NCBI GenBank assembly: GCA_964635635.1
Contig: CAZWPE010000001.1
Coordinates: 107,774 to 171,773 of the forward strand
From: an uncultured Myxococcaceae bacterium
Lineage (GTDB): Bacteria > Myxococcota > UBA727 > JABDBI01
Direction of reading: 5' to 3'
DNA: 64,000 nt
A program made the translations under genes and the position numbers. The notes beneath the pieces were generated by a model. That model was not told the origin of the DNA. It worked only from the letters and a program-made list of their open reading frames with translations, and made no database searches. This document shows, piece by piece, positions 38,069 to 47,603 of the stretch; position 1 is the first letter of the stretch, and each line of letters starts with the position of its first letter.

Positions 38069-38917
38069 ATGTTTTGGTGTTATGAAATCCGCGTGAAAGC
38101 TCATAATTTAGCCCATTGGCAAGGATTTGTGATTAGTGACCATTCTCATGACCGTACACGAAAGTTGATGCGGGGTATGATTAAGACAATCTGCGACTAT
38201 GATTTGGTGAAAGCTGGGGATCATATCATGGTTGCGGTTTCAGGTGGTAAAGACAGTTATACGCTGGCGGACTTCCTGTGGCAGGCTAAAAGGAAAGCAC
38301 CATTTGATTTTAACATGACTGTGGTCCATTTGGACCAAATGCAGCCGGGTTACGATGGAGAGCCTCTGCGAAAATGGTTGGAAGCCTCAGGGATTCCATT
38401 TGAGATTATTCAGCAGGACACGTACTCGATTGTCAAAGAAAAGACCAAAGAAGGTGGAACGTACTGTTCGCTGTGTTCGAGACTCAGACGAGGGATTCTC
38501 TATACGACTGCTGAACGACTCGGTTGTAATAAGATTGCTTTGGGACATCACCGAGATGATGCTCTGGAGACGCTGATGCTGAATCTGTTCTACGCAGGAA
38601 AACTCCAAGCCATGCCAGCGATTTACAAAACAGACGATGGGCGTTTTGATGTGATTAGGCCGCTGATTGAAAGTGCTGAGAAAGATATTGTGTGGCATTC
38701 AAAGAGAGCTGAATACCCTATTTTGCCTTGTAATCTTTGTGGTTCTCAAGAAGGTTTGAAGCGAGAAGCTATGTCAAAACTTTTGGAGCAGCTTGAGGGT
38801 GAGATTCCTGATGTCAGGCAGGTCATGCTGAACGCAATCAAAAATGTTCAGCCAAGTCACTTGCTCGATAAAACAGCGTTCTCCAAACGAACTAGGCTGG
38901 CTGTTTTGGAACAGTGA
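38069..38917 (+). CDS. ttcA: tRNA 2-thiocytidine(32) synthetase TtcA
   Basis: PP-loop SGGKDS; CSLCSRLRRG and CNLCGSQ Fe-S cysteines. Confidence 0.85.
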   Translation: MFWCYEIRVKAHNLAHWQGFVISDHSHDRTRKLMRGMIKTICDYDLVKAGDHIMVAVSGGKDSYTLADFLWQAKRKAPFDFNMTVVHLDQMQPGYDGEPLRKWLEASGIPFEIIQQDTYSIVKEKTKEGGTYCSLCSRLRRGILYTTAERLGCNKIALGHHRDDALETLMLNLFYAGKLQAMPAIYKTDDGRFDVIRPLIESAEKDIVWHSKRAEYPILPCNLCGSQEGLKREAMSKLLEQLEGEIPDVRQVMLNAIKNVQPSHLLDKTAFSKRTRLAVLEQ

Positions 38918-40547
38918 TGCTCATACCAGGTCTCGAAATCGAAAGGTCCTCTATGATGACATTTTCAGAACCTGCCAAACGCATGATGGCAGCGATGCAT
39001 TCGGTATCTGAAAAACGCTTCAAAGATCCTTTGAAGGGGTGAGTATTTCGGCCGAACCAGTAGGCGTCTCCAATCTCGGTTCTCAGTCCAGCAAGCTCAG
39101 GATGTTTATTTTCAAGGTCCTTCATCTGACCGCTATACCACCAACGTGTTAGCCAAGACTTATTGAGGAGTTGGCCGTATTGGTACGCAGCTTCAAAATC
39201 TTTGATGAGAGGTCCATTCCTGTCCAAATAGGCATAGAACGCTTCTTTAAAAGATGAGAGCTGAATCTTTCGAATTCCTGTGTGAGTTAACTGAATATCT
39301 GCATGAACTTCAGTCCCAAAGCTGTCCCAAAATGTTTGTTTGGCATCTTCTAATACAGATATGCGAAGAGCTTCAGTGAGCTCAAAAAAAACTGACGCGT
39401 GCGGGGTGTCCAGATTTAAATGACAAGAGGCCTCTTTGGAACGTTGATTTGGGCCTTCAAGAGATTTCCACTCCCAGGCGAGTTTTACTTTGGAAAACCA
39501 ATAAGATATGTATTCCCTGGTACTGTTGAAGCACTGATAGACTTGGGTTCCAATTTCGGTTCGTTTTTCGCTCTCGCTAATTCCAAAAAAACGCAGTTTC
39601 CAGTCTGCTAGTTCAAAGTTTGAACCAAATGAATAGCCAGATTTATTTTCAGTCCCACTTTTTCCAAGGCCGAGCTTGATTGCTTTGTCGGTTGAACACT
39701 TGAAAAAAATGTCTTCAAAAGCCTGTGCGTGTTCTGGATTTGATAAATCAAATTCAAATCGTGTGAATGCATTTGTGTGATTTTGTTTTCCTGCTTCAAA
39801 AATAAATAAGGCAGAACCAAACCACTTGAGCCAATCAAAATAGTTGAGAACTTGTCTTCCAATTCGCCCAAGAAAGGAAGTCGGTAAGCCATCATTCTCT
39901 TGTTTGTATCCAATGGAATTTTCGTTTTCATGATCGCGGATGAAGCTAACACTTACTTTGCCAGGCTCTGGAAGTTTTCGAGTTAGTAGGGTGAGAGCAG
40001 TTTTTTCCGAGTTTTGGAGTCCTAAGTAGCAACTTAACCTAAAAGCTCCTTTTACTTCGGCAGAGATTTCAAACTCCGAACCTGCTGGAAGTTCTGCCGC
40101 TAGAGCGGCTTTAATAGGTAATTGGAGAGCATTTCCGAGGGAGGCGCCTTTGGGTAAAGAACCGGATGGACAGAAATAGGGTTCATATCGGCGTATGTTG
40201 ACTTGTGTGTTAAACTTATATCCTCCTGAAATCGAGGCAAATGACCCAAGAGGTATTGAAGTTCCATTTAAGAGTGAAAGGTCTATTAGTCCTTTTGTTT
40301 CTAGCCAAAGCAGACCAGGTTCTCGGCTTCGAATAATTTTCTCGGACACCTTTATAGCTGCAGCAGAGTTCTCTGAGAGACTCCATTTATGGGAGCCAGT
40401 TTCATACAAAGACTGGAGGCCTGTGGCGCCAATTTGTTCGAGAATTTGGCTGATACCTATTGGGAGAGCAGTTCCTAGTTTTGAGCTTAAAATATCAAGG
40501 GTATTTGCGGTATAGGTTGGTAGAGTCCTTGCTCTTAGATCCAGCAT
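38892..40547 (-). CDS. Hypothetical protein (551 aa), no recognisable domain
   Basis: Long uninterrupted ORF with coding-like composition. aggagg upstream of the ATG at 40547. Confidence 0.55.
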   Translation of the reverse strand: MLDLRARTLPTYTANTLDILSSKLGTALPIGISQILEQIGATGLQSLYETGSHKWSLSENSAAAIKVSEKIIRSREPGLLWLETKGLIDLSLLNGTSIPLGSFASISGGYKFNTQVNIRRYEPYFCPSGSLPKGASLGNALQLPIKAALAAELPAGSEFEISAEVKGAFRLSCYLGLQNSEKTALTLLTRKLPEPGKVSVSFIRDHENENSIGYKQENDGLPTSFLGRIGRQVLNYFDWLKWFGSALFIFEAGKQNHTNAFTRFEFDLSNPEHAQAFEDIFFKCSTDKAIKLGLGKSGTENKSGYSFGSNFELADWKLRFFGISESEKRTEIGTQVYQCFNSTREYISYWFSKVKLAWEWKSLEGPNQRSKEASCHLNLDTPHASVFFELTEALRISVLEDAKQTFWDSFGTEVHADIQLTHTGIRKIQLSSFKEAFYAYLDRNGPLIKDFEAAYQYGQLLNKSWLTRWWYSGQMKDLENKHPELAGLRTEIGDAYWFGRNTHPFKGSLKRFSDTECIAAIMRLAGSENVIIEDLSISRPGMSITVPKQPA

Positions 40548-40640
40548 ATAGCTTATGTATTCAAGGAGTTAAATTTGGCGGCGCAACATATCCGTCATAC
40601 ATCCGATACTTTATGATAGAATAGCCTAGGAGGCGTTTGT

Positions 40641-41048
40641 ATGCCGATTTCAACAGTGGGTGGTGGAGCTCAGCAAGTTCAGCAGTTGCTGAAACAGGTT
40701 CAAAATCAGATCAAGCCATCTGCGCCAGGACAGCATAATTTTGCTCAGGTGTTGGGCAATAAGACGGGGGTAGAACAAGGCGGGGTTGCTCCTATTCAAA
40801 ATGCACAACTTACGAAGACTCAAAAAGTACCATCGGCCATTCAGTCTTTGTTCAATAACTGGTCTAAAGACTCGAATGCAATGCACAAAATTACCCAGAT
40901 GACGCTGAGTGGACAACAGTTTACACCGTCACAGCTCTTAGGCCTTCAGCAAGCTACCTATAAAGTCACGTTTGAACTTGAGACCATGAGTAAGTTGGTT
41001 GAACAAGCAAGTTCGGCGGTTAAAACAACCATGCAGACCCAGGTCTAG
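40641..41048 (+). CDS. Gln-rich small hypothetical protein; possible T3SS needle/inner-rod-like C-terminal helix
   Basis: taggagg RBS and -10-like tagaat upstream. C-terminus PSQLLGLQQATYKVTFELETMSKLVEQASSAVKTT loosely resembles SctF/SctI C-termini. Confidence 0.5.
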   Translation: MPISTVGGGAQQVQQLLKQVQNQIKPSAPGQHNFAQVLGNKTGVEQGGVAPIQNAQLTKTQKVPSAIQSLFNNWSKDSNAMHKITQMTLSGQQFTPSQLLGLQQATYKVTFELETMSKLVEQASSAVKTTMQTQV

Positions 41049-41072
41049 GCTTTGAATGATTAAACTGATAGA

Positions 41073-42317
41073 TTGCATTTGAGTATGGCATTTATATTTA
41101 TAGCGTGTGTTTTTCTTCTTGCATTTGTTTCTGCGGCTGAGACGGCATTGACATCGCTATCTGAAACAAAAACCCGTCAATTGATTGAAAGCGGGAAACG
41201 CCGATTTCAGATTCTTAAATTGTGGCATAAACACCCAAATCGCGTTTTGACGACCTTGTTGGTGGGTAATAACGTAGCGGGTGCTTTAGGTGCATCGATT
41301 GCAACTGTGATGGCTGAAGAGATGTTTGATAGTTTCGCCATTGGAATTGCTGCTGGTTTTACAACCTTGGTTATGCTGATTTTTGGTGAAGTGACGCCTA
41401 AAACTTTTGCCAGACACAATGCTGAAAGCTTGGCTCCGATTGTGATGACTATTTTGGTGCCTCTCTACTGGCTTTTTTCTCCTGTTGTATTCTTGGTGAC
41501 GGGTTTTGCGGGAGCGGCTGTTAAAGTCCTAGGGGGGAAGACCGGTAGTGAAGGCCCTTCTGCCACAGAAGAAGATATCGCTTACATGATTCGTCTGGGG
41601 CACCAAGAAGGTGTTTTAGCGACTCAAGAAGGCGAAATGCTTGAAAGCGTCATTGAGTTTAGGGACACCCTGGTGAAAGAGATCATGGTTCCTCGCACCC
41701 GTATATGCACTCTGGAAAAAAACGCAGGTTTTGAAGAAGTTAAACGTCAAGTTCTAGAACACGGACATTCAAGATGGCCTGTTTATAAAGAAAATGTTGA
41801 TAATATAGTTGGTATTTTTCACACCAAAGATCTCTTAAATCCTGAGTTAAAGCAGTGGACTTCGGCAATTCGAACCGCGCTTTTTGTTCCTGAAATGATG
41901 AAAATAGGGGAAGTCTTAAAAGAATTCAGACGCGGTAAGGCCCACTTGGCAGTTGTGGTTGATGAGTATGGTGGAACTGCAGGGATCATATCACTTGAAG
42001 ATGTTTTAGAAGAGATCGTTGGAGAGATTAAAGACGAATACGATGATGATGAAGATCGTTTATTCGCTAAATTGCCAGATGGAAGTTATGAGGCAAATGG
42101 TCTTGCTGGGATTGATGATTTAGGCGAAGAGCTAGGGCTGACTTTTCCAGATGAAGCCGATTATGAGACGCTGGCGGGATTTTTGATCGCGACCTATGGT
42201 AAAATGCCTACACGAGGAACCTATATTGATTTTCAGGATTGGCATTTTGTTGTTGACCGGGCTGATGAGAAAAAAATTGAGCGTGTGAAAATATGCCGCA
42301 TTTTGCCAGAATCTTAG
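41073..42317 (+). CDS. CNNM/TlyC-family hemolysin-like transporter (DUF21 + CBS pair + CorC_HlyC)
   Basis: Four-TM DUF21 N-terminus, tandem CBS domains and CorC_HlyC C-terminus. Confidence 0.85.
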   Translation: MHLSMAFIFIACVFLLAFVSAAETALTSLSETKTRQLIESGKRRFQILKLWHKHPNRVLTTLLVGNNVAGALGASIATVMAEEMFDSFAIGIAAGFTTLVMLIFGEVTPKTFARHNAESLAPIVMTILVPLYWLFSPVVFLVTGFAGAAVKVLGGKTGSEGPSATEEDIAYMIRLGHQEGVLATQEGEMLESVIEFRDTLVKEIMVPRTRICTLEKNAGFEEVKRQVLEHGHSRWPVYKENVDNIVGIFHTKDLLNPELKQWTSAIRTALFVPEMMKIGEVLKEFRRGKAHLAVVVDEYGGTAGIISLEDVLEEIVGEIKDEYDDDEDRLFAKLPDGSYEANGLAGIDDLGEELGLTFPDEADYETLAGFLIATYGKMPTRGTYIDFQDWHFVVDRADEKKIERVKICRILPES

Positions 42318-43471
42318 ACAGGGTGGATGAACCTGTTTGGCGACGAAGAATTTACAGCTTCCAGCGCGTATTCGAGCGTTTGTTGCCTTTGGGGGGGATG
42401 TCTGAAGGCAACTTTATTGAAGTCTTTCGAGATCAAGAAAAAATTTTAGAAGAGTTGCTGTCTTCTATTCATGGAGCCAAACACAGGGTCTGGCTTGAGA
42501 CCTATATCTATGAGCCAGATTCGGTTGGCCTCAAAGTTCGTGAAGCGCTGCAAGGAGCTGCTAGGCGTGGATGCCAGGTTATTTTGCTGTATGATCATTT
42601 CGGGTCATCAAGATTAAGTGCATCATTCCTAAAACCCCTTCTTGAGGCAGGGGTTCAGGTTTATGATTTTAATCCGATTTGGCCATGGCGTAAAAAGGGG
42701 CCTTTTTTATTTAGAGATCACAGAAAAATTTGTGTGATTGACGATGATTTAAGTTTTTGTGGAAGCATGAATATTGCTCTGAATCCTGGTAAGCGTTTTA
42801 GAGACACGGTGATGAAGATTCGTGGACCGGCCACCCATGATTTGGCAGAGTTGGTTCTGGATGCGCTTTATGAGACTACCGGAGAACGGATTGAAAATTT
42901 GCCGCCCAGCATAGGGTTTCAGAATGGGGTGGTCACCCAAGTTTTAAGTTCAAATCGCCTGAGAGGCCGTATGTCGATTCAAAAATCGATGCGTTTAACC
43001 CTGAAACGTGCTCAGGAGTACTGTTACTTTACGACGCCGTATTTTCTACCATCGGATCGCTTGAGAAAAGCAATGATAGAGGCAGTCCAGAGGGGGGTGG
43101 ATGTTCGGGTTCTGACAGCTGGTATTTCAGATGTTCCACTGATGCGATTTGCGAGTCACTATGTATATGGACAGTTTCTGAAAGCTGGCATTCGAATCTA
43201 TGAGCTTTATGATCAGACATTGCATGCTAAGACGGCCGCGATTGATGGAATCTATGCCTGGGTTGGGACGTATAATCTTGATCATTGGTCTGCCAGGCGA
43301 AATTTAGAAGTTAATGTGAGTGTGATTGATCGTCACTTGGCCCATGAACTTGAACAACATTTTGAAGTAGATTTAAAAAACTCACGTGAGATATCGTTGC
43401 CGGATTGGGAACAACGATCTTGGCTGAGAAGGTTGCTTAACTTTTTAGCGTATCAAATTATGAGGCTTTAG
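42293..43471 (+). CDS. Phospholipase D-family protein (cardiolipin synthase ClsB-like)
   Basis: Two HxK(x4)D motifs: DHRKICVIDD and LHAKTAAIDGIYAWVGTYNLD. Confidence 0.8.
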   Translation: MPHFARILDRVDEPVWRRRIYSFQRVFERLLPLGGMSEGNFIEVFRDQEKILEELLSSIHGAKHRVWLETYIYEPDSVGLKVREALQGAARRGCQVILLYDHFGSSRLSASFLKPLLEAGVQVYDFNPIWPWRKKGPFLFRDHRKICVIDDDLSFCGSMNIALNPGKRFRDTVMKIRGPATHDLAELVLDALYETTGERIENLPPSIGFQNGVVTQVLSSNRLRGRMSIQKSMRLTLKRAQEYCYFTTPYFLPSDRLRKAMIEAVQRGVDVRVLTAGISDVPLMRFASHYVYGQFLKAGIRIYELYDQTLHAKTAAIDGIYAWVGTYNLDHWSARRNLEVNVSVIDRHLAHELEQHFEVDLKNSREISLPDWEQRSWLRRLLNFLAYQIMRL

Positions 43472-43472
43472 C

Positions 43473-43841
43473 ATGCAAGCATGGTGGATGATTTTGACCG
43501 GAGTTTTGGCAGGGGTAAGTGCAGGGATTTTTGGAATTGGGGGTGGGGTTATTTTAATCCCGATTTTAGTACTCGCATTCAAGTATCCGCAAGTAGTAGC
43601 CAATGGAACTTCACTCGTTGCTCTGTTATTGCCTGTAGGGATTTTTGGGGTGTTGGAATACTACAAAGCCGGTAAAATCACAGGTGAAAACATCAAATGG
43701 GGCTTGTTTATTGCCCTAGGGATGTTTGTGGGAACTTATCTAGGTGCGCGCCTAGCCGTTTTTTTGCCGGTACGCGTCTTAACCAAGCTTTTTGCGGGCT
43801 TCTTGCTTTTGGTCTCGGTGCGTCTTTTTCTCTCACGGTAG
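43473..43841 (+). CDS. TSUP (TauE/SafE) family half-size membrane permease
   Basis: GIFGIGGGVILIPILV motif; four TM segments. Confidence 0.6.
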   Translation: MQAWWMILTGVLAGVSAGIFGIGGGVILIPILVLAFKYPQVVANGTSLVALLLPVGIFGVLEYYKAGKITGENIKWGLFIALGMFVGTYLGARLAVFLPVRVLTKLFAGFLLLVSVRLFLSR

Positions 43842-44062
43842 ATCGTAACAATGTGACCACGGGTGAGTACGTGCTGGGCTTTGAGTTTTGTCACCCAGTC
43901 GTTTTGCTCTAAGAGCTCGAGCGCGGACTCCAAAAATTTGATTTTAACAAGCTCATGAGCTTCGAGGGCAGCGTCAATCTCTTTGAGAATGCTATCTGTA
44001 ATTCCGTTTTTACCAACCAAAACAATTGGTTTTAAATGATGTGCCTGAGCTTTTAAATCCAC
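43736..44062 (-). CDS. yhbY: YhbY/CRS1 (CRM-domain) RNA-binding protein
   Basis: HHLKPIVLVGKNGITDSILKEIDAALEAHELVKIK matches YhbY. The 3' end overlaps the TSUP gene convergently. Confidence 0.7.
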   Translation of the reverse strand: MDLKAQAHHLKPIVLVGKNGITDSILKEIDAALEAHELVKIKFLESALELLEQNDWVTKLKAQHVLTRGHIVTIYRERKRRTETKSKKPAKSLVKTRTGKKTARRAPR

Positions 44063-44100
44063 ACTGTACGAATAGGATACTTTTTAGTAGCTTGCAATGT

Positions 44101-44847
44101 GTGAAAGTAGCTTTATGTCAGTTTAACCCGGTGGTTGGTGCGATTACTCAAAATGGAGCTCGCTTATTAGAGTTTGCGCACAAGGCTGGAAAGAATGGCG
44201 CGGATTTGATGTTGGCGCCTGAATTGGCGCTTTGTGGCTATCCACCTAAAGATTTAATGGGCAATTCTGATTTTCACGCTGCATGTAAGGCTCAACTTAC
44301 CCAGCTTGCCGAGCAAGCGCCGATCCCAACGATTATGGGTGCGCCTGACAGTTTATATAACGCAGCATTCTACTGCTTTGCAGGACAGCACCAAGTTGTG
44401 GCTCGCAAACAGCTGCTCCCTAATTATCAAGTTTTTGACGATAAACGCTATTTTAAGCCTGGCGGTTATATTCCCCCCTTTGAAACAGGGGGGCAGGGGG
44501 GATTTTCTGTGGGCATCACAATTTGCGAAGACGCTTGGAACGATGCTGAATTCTGGCCAAATCGGCGATATGATTTAGACCCAGTCAATGAACTGGTGAA
44601 CCGTGATAACCCAGACATATTGGTGACGCTTATGGCATCCCCATTTGAACCAGGTAAAGCAGCGATTCGCGATGCCATGTTTTCACATATGGCTAAGAGA
44701 TATTCCAAGCCTGTTTTGGTGGTTGGCCAAGTGGGTGCCAATGATGGGCTGATTTTTGAGGGTGGCTCTATGATGATTGATGCCCAGGGGGAGATTGTGC
44801 ACCGTGCTGCCGATTTTCAGGAGGATTTAGTCATATGCGAACTGTAG
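44101..44847 (+). CDS. Nitrilase/CN-hydrolase (glutaminase) domain protein of NAD synthetase, encoded separately; GTG start
   Basis: VKVALCQFNPVVGAI.. and GITICEDAW catalytic-Cys block. Carries a family-2 palindromic insert. The ORF opens at 44026, but the yhbY start on the other strand is at 44062. Confidence 0.7.
   Translation: MKVALCQFNPVVGAITQNGARLLEFAHKAGKNGADLMLAPELALCGYPPKDLMGNSDFHAACKAQLTQLAEQAPIPTIMGAPDSLYNAAFYCFAGQHQVVARKQLLPNYQVFDDKRYFKPGGYIPPFETGGQGGFSVGITICEDAWNDAEFWPNRRYDLDPVNELVNRDNPDILVTLMASPFEPGKAAIRDAMFSHMAKRYSKPVLVVGQVGANDGLIFEGGSMMIDAQGEIVHRAADFQEDLVICEL
44469..44507. repeat. Family-2 palindromic element copy, in-frame in the nadE nitrilase domain (encodes IPPFETGGQGGFS)
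   Basis: ATTCCCCCCTTTGAAACAGGGGGGCAGGGGGGATTTTCTG; compare 8937-8978. Confidence 0.75.
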
Positions 44848-45650
44848 CGCAGGCAATTGTTCTTGGAATTCGTGACTACGCCCAAAAACTAGGTGCTCCA
44901 GGGGTGTTAATTGGCTTGTCAGGCGGCATTGATTCGGCTGTAACAGCAGCTCTTGCCGTTCAAGCATTGGGAGCAGCGCGTGTGATTGGTGTTCGCATGC
45001 CAAGCAAGTTTAGCTCTGAACACTCTTTGGAAGATGCTGAACTTCTTGCAAATACGCTTGGCATCGAATTGCGTACGATCGATATTGAACCCGGTGTGCA
45101 GGCACTTCGAGAGATGCTTGACCTTCAAAAACCAGTCAGTGACCAAAATCTCCAATCTCGTGTGCGTGGACTGACATTGATGGGTCTTTCGAATGACACG
45201 GGTTACTTTGTGCTCTCAACAGGCAATAAAAGCGAACTCGCGATGGGTTACACAACCCTTTATGGTGATATGTGCGGCGCTTTAATGCCGATTGGTGATT
45301 TGTACAAAACACAAGTGTATGAGTTGGCCAGGTTGTTAGATGGAATCCCCGAACGAAGTATTACCAAGCCTCCAAGCGCAGAGCTGGCGCCGGGACAACT
45401 AGACCAAGACACGTTGCCGCCGTATGAGTTGCTTGATGTTGTGCTTGAGCGCTATCTCGAAAGCGATATGGCTGCGAGCAAGATTGCTGCTGAGACAGGT
45501 ATGTCCGTGAACGATATCGAGCGCATTGTTAAACAGGTGAATTCTTGTGAGTACAAACGTAAACAAGCACCGCCGATTTTAATGGTTTCAAAACGTGTGT
45601 TTGGGGAAGCTCGCCGGTGGCCGATTGTGGCCTGTTACCCAAAGCTTTAG
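44835..45650 (+). CDS. nadE: NAD+ synthetase (ATP pyrophosphatase domain)
   Basis: PP-loop GLSGGIDSAVTAALA. caggagga RBS 8 nt upstream. 13-nt overlap with the nitrilase ORF in a different frame. Confidence 0.85.
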   Translation: MRTVAQAIVLGIRDYAQKLGAPGVLIGLSGGIDSAVTAALAVQALGAARVIGVRMPSKFSSEHSLEDAELLANTLGIELRTIDIEPGVQALREMLDLQKPVSDQNLQSRVRGLTLMGLSNDTGYFVLSTGNKSELAMGYTTLYGDMCGALMPIGDLYKTQVYELARLLDGIPERSITKPPSAELAPGQLDQDTLPPYELLDVVLERYLESDMAASKIAAETGMSVNDIERIVKQVNSCEYKRKQAPPILMVSKRVFGEARRWPIVACYPKL

Positions 45651-45657
45651 CGCAGGA

Positions 45658-45747
45658 TGGCGGAGAGAGAGGGATTCGAACCCTCGATACGGTTTCCCGT
45701 ATACGCCCTTAGCAGGGGCGCGCCTTCAGCCTCTCGGCCATCTCTCC
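45658..45747 (-). tRNA. tRNA-Ser (anticodon GCU) with long variable arm and encoded CCA
   Basis: The reverse complement GGAGAGATGGCCGAGAGGCTGAAGGCGCGCCCCTGCTAAGGGCGTATACGGGAAACCGTATCGAGGGTTCGAATCCCTCTCTCTCCGCCA folds as a class II tRNA with anticodon loop CTGCTAA. Confidence 0.9.
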
Positions 45748-45815
45748 AAAAACACCTAAAGCTGTCATCAAGTATCGTTTTTAAGCTTGCTCGTCAAGTG
45801 AGAGTTGTCTAGAAT

Positions 45816-47579
45816 GTGCCAATGGCGATGACAAATCATTACAAAAGCAATCTCAGAGATATCTTTTTCAACTTGTTTGAGGTCTTGAAGATTCAGGATT
45901 TAGGACATGATGAAGCCATGGGGCGCGAAACCTTAGAAGCTTTTGAAGTCTTTTGTCGTGAAAAAATTGCGCCAAGCTTTCAAGAAGGTGATCATGTTCC
46001 GCTCAAGTTAGATGCTGACGGTAATGTCACGATCCCTGATGGCTATAAGAAGGCCATGAAAGCCTTTTACGATGGAGACTGGCATAAATTCGATGCCCCT
46101 GAGCATGTAGGTGGTTTTAACTTCCCAAAATCTCTTTACTGGTCGTTTTTCGAAATGCTTGTCGGTGCGAATCCGCCGATTGCTCTTTATACCTTCGGTT
46201 CGTGCGCTACAGAACTCATGGAAGCCATGGGCAGCGAATCTCAGAAAAAGCGTTTCAGTAAAAATATTATTGATCGCCACTGGGGTGCCAGTATGGTTTT
46301 GACCGAGCCGGATGCTGGAAGTGATGTAGGAGCAGGTCGTTCTAAAGCCAAACACATTAAGGATGACGTTTGGGAAATCGAAGGTGTCAAAAGATTCATC
46401 ACCAATGGTGATTACGATACTGCCGAAAATATTCTTCATCTGGTGCTTGCACGTCCAGAGGGCGCAGAAGCAGGGACTAAGGGCCTTTCATTATTTGTCG
46501 TGCCTAAATTTTGGGTAGATGAAGATGGAAAAATGGGTGAGCGCAATGGAGTTTATTGTACCAATCTTGAAAAGAAGATGGGCATCAAAGGCTCCGCAAC
46601 TTGTGAAATGACCTTTGGGGAGAAGAAGCCTGCGCGTGGTCTTTTGATGGGCAATGTACATGATGGTATTCGCCAAATGTTCAAGGTAATTGAGCGTGCG
46701 CGTATGGCGGTTGGCGTGAAGTCCATGTCAACGCTGTCGACCGCTTATTTGAATTCACTCGACTATGCGAAGTCACGTGTTCAAGGCCAAGATTTGACGC
46801 AGATTTTCAACAAAAATGCGCCTAAAGTGTCTATCATTCATCATCCAGATGTTCGCCGAATGCTGATGTTCCAAAAAAGCTATGCAGAAGGTATGCGAGC
46901 TTTGTGTATGTATTGTTCTTACATGCAGGATAAAGGCGATCATGTGATGCAAGATTTCTTGTTGCCACTTGTGAAGGGCTATAACACAGAGAAGTGTTAT
47001 CAGATTTTGTCAGACTCTTTGCAGGTATATGGTGGTTCTGGTTACCTGCAAGACTACCCGATTGAACAATATATTCGAGATCAAAAAATTGACACACTTT
47101 ACGAAGGAACAACTCATATCCAATCTCTGGATTTGATTTTCCGAAAGATTGCGAAGAATGGTGGAGCAACTCTCACGCAGCTGACGGACCAAATGCAAGA
47201 GATGCTTTCAAAGCGAACGGCAAAAGATCATTTTGCAGCAGAGTATGACCAACTTGAAAAAGCACTTCAGAATGCACAAGCAATTATGGGTCTGATGATG
47301 GGTAAAATGGCCGAATCCCTTTACTATGTGGGTCTGAATGGAAATCGCATCTTGAGCGGTATTGCAGAGTTGGTGATTGGTTGGTTGATGCTGAAGCAGG
47401 GCGAAATTGCTGCCGAGAGAATTGGTTCAGCCACAGGTACCGATAAAGCCTTCTATGAAGGCAAAATCGCAGCAGTTAGATTCTTTTGCAGAGATGCTTT
47501 GCCAAACTTAGCATTTACCAAGCGAATGATTGAGAAAGGCGACTTGAGTTTGATGGAGCTGAGTGAAGAGGCCTTCTAA
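45816..47579 (+). CDS. Long-form acyl-CoA dehydrogenase
   Basis: ACAD N, middle and C domains; GGSGYLQDYPIEQYIRDQKIDTLYEGT. Confidence 0.85.
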   Translation: MPMAMTNHYKSNLRDIFFNLFEVLKIQDLGHDEAMGRETLEAFEVFCREKIAPSFQEGDHVPLKLDADGNVTIPDGYKKAMKAFYDGDWHKFDAPEHVGGFNFPKSLYWSFFEMLVGANPPIALYTFGSCATELMEAMGSESQKKRFSKNIIDRHWGASMVLTEPDAGSDVGAGRSKAKHIKDDVWEIEGVKRFITNGDYDTAENILHLVLARPEGAEAGTKGLSLFVVPKFWVDEDGKMGERNGVYCTNLEKKMGIKGSATCEMTFGEKKPARGLLMGNVHDGIRQMFKVIERARMAVGVKSMSTLSTAYLNSLDYAKSRVQGQDLTQIFNKNAPKVSIIHHPDVRRMLMFQKSYAEGMRALCMYCSYMQDKGDHVMQDFLLPLVKGYNTEKCYQILSDSLQVYGGSGYLQDYPIEQYIRDQKIDTLYEGTTHIQSLDLIFRKIAKNGGATLTQLTDQMQEMLSKRTAKDHFAAEYDQLEKALQNAQAIMGLMMGKMAESLYYVGLNGNRILSGIAELVIGWLMLKQGEIAAERIGSATGTDKAFYEGKIAAVRFFCRDALPNLAFTKRMIEKGDLSLMELSEEAF

Positions 47580-47603
47580 GGTACCCATAGGGCGGGTGAG
47601 GGC

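Noticed and set aside
45655-45680. GGCGGAGAGAGAGGG stretch resembling the CCCTCTCC/GGAGAGGG repeat family
   Set aside because: It is the acceptor/T-arm of the minus-strand tRNA-Ser(GCU) gene, not a repeat-element copy.
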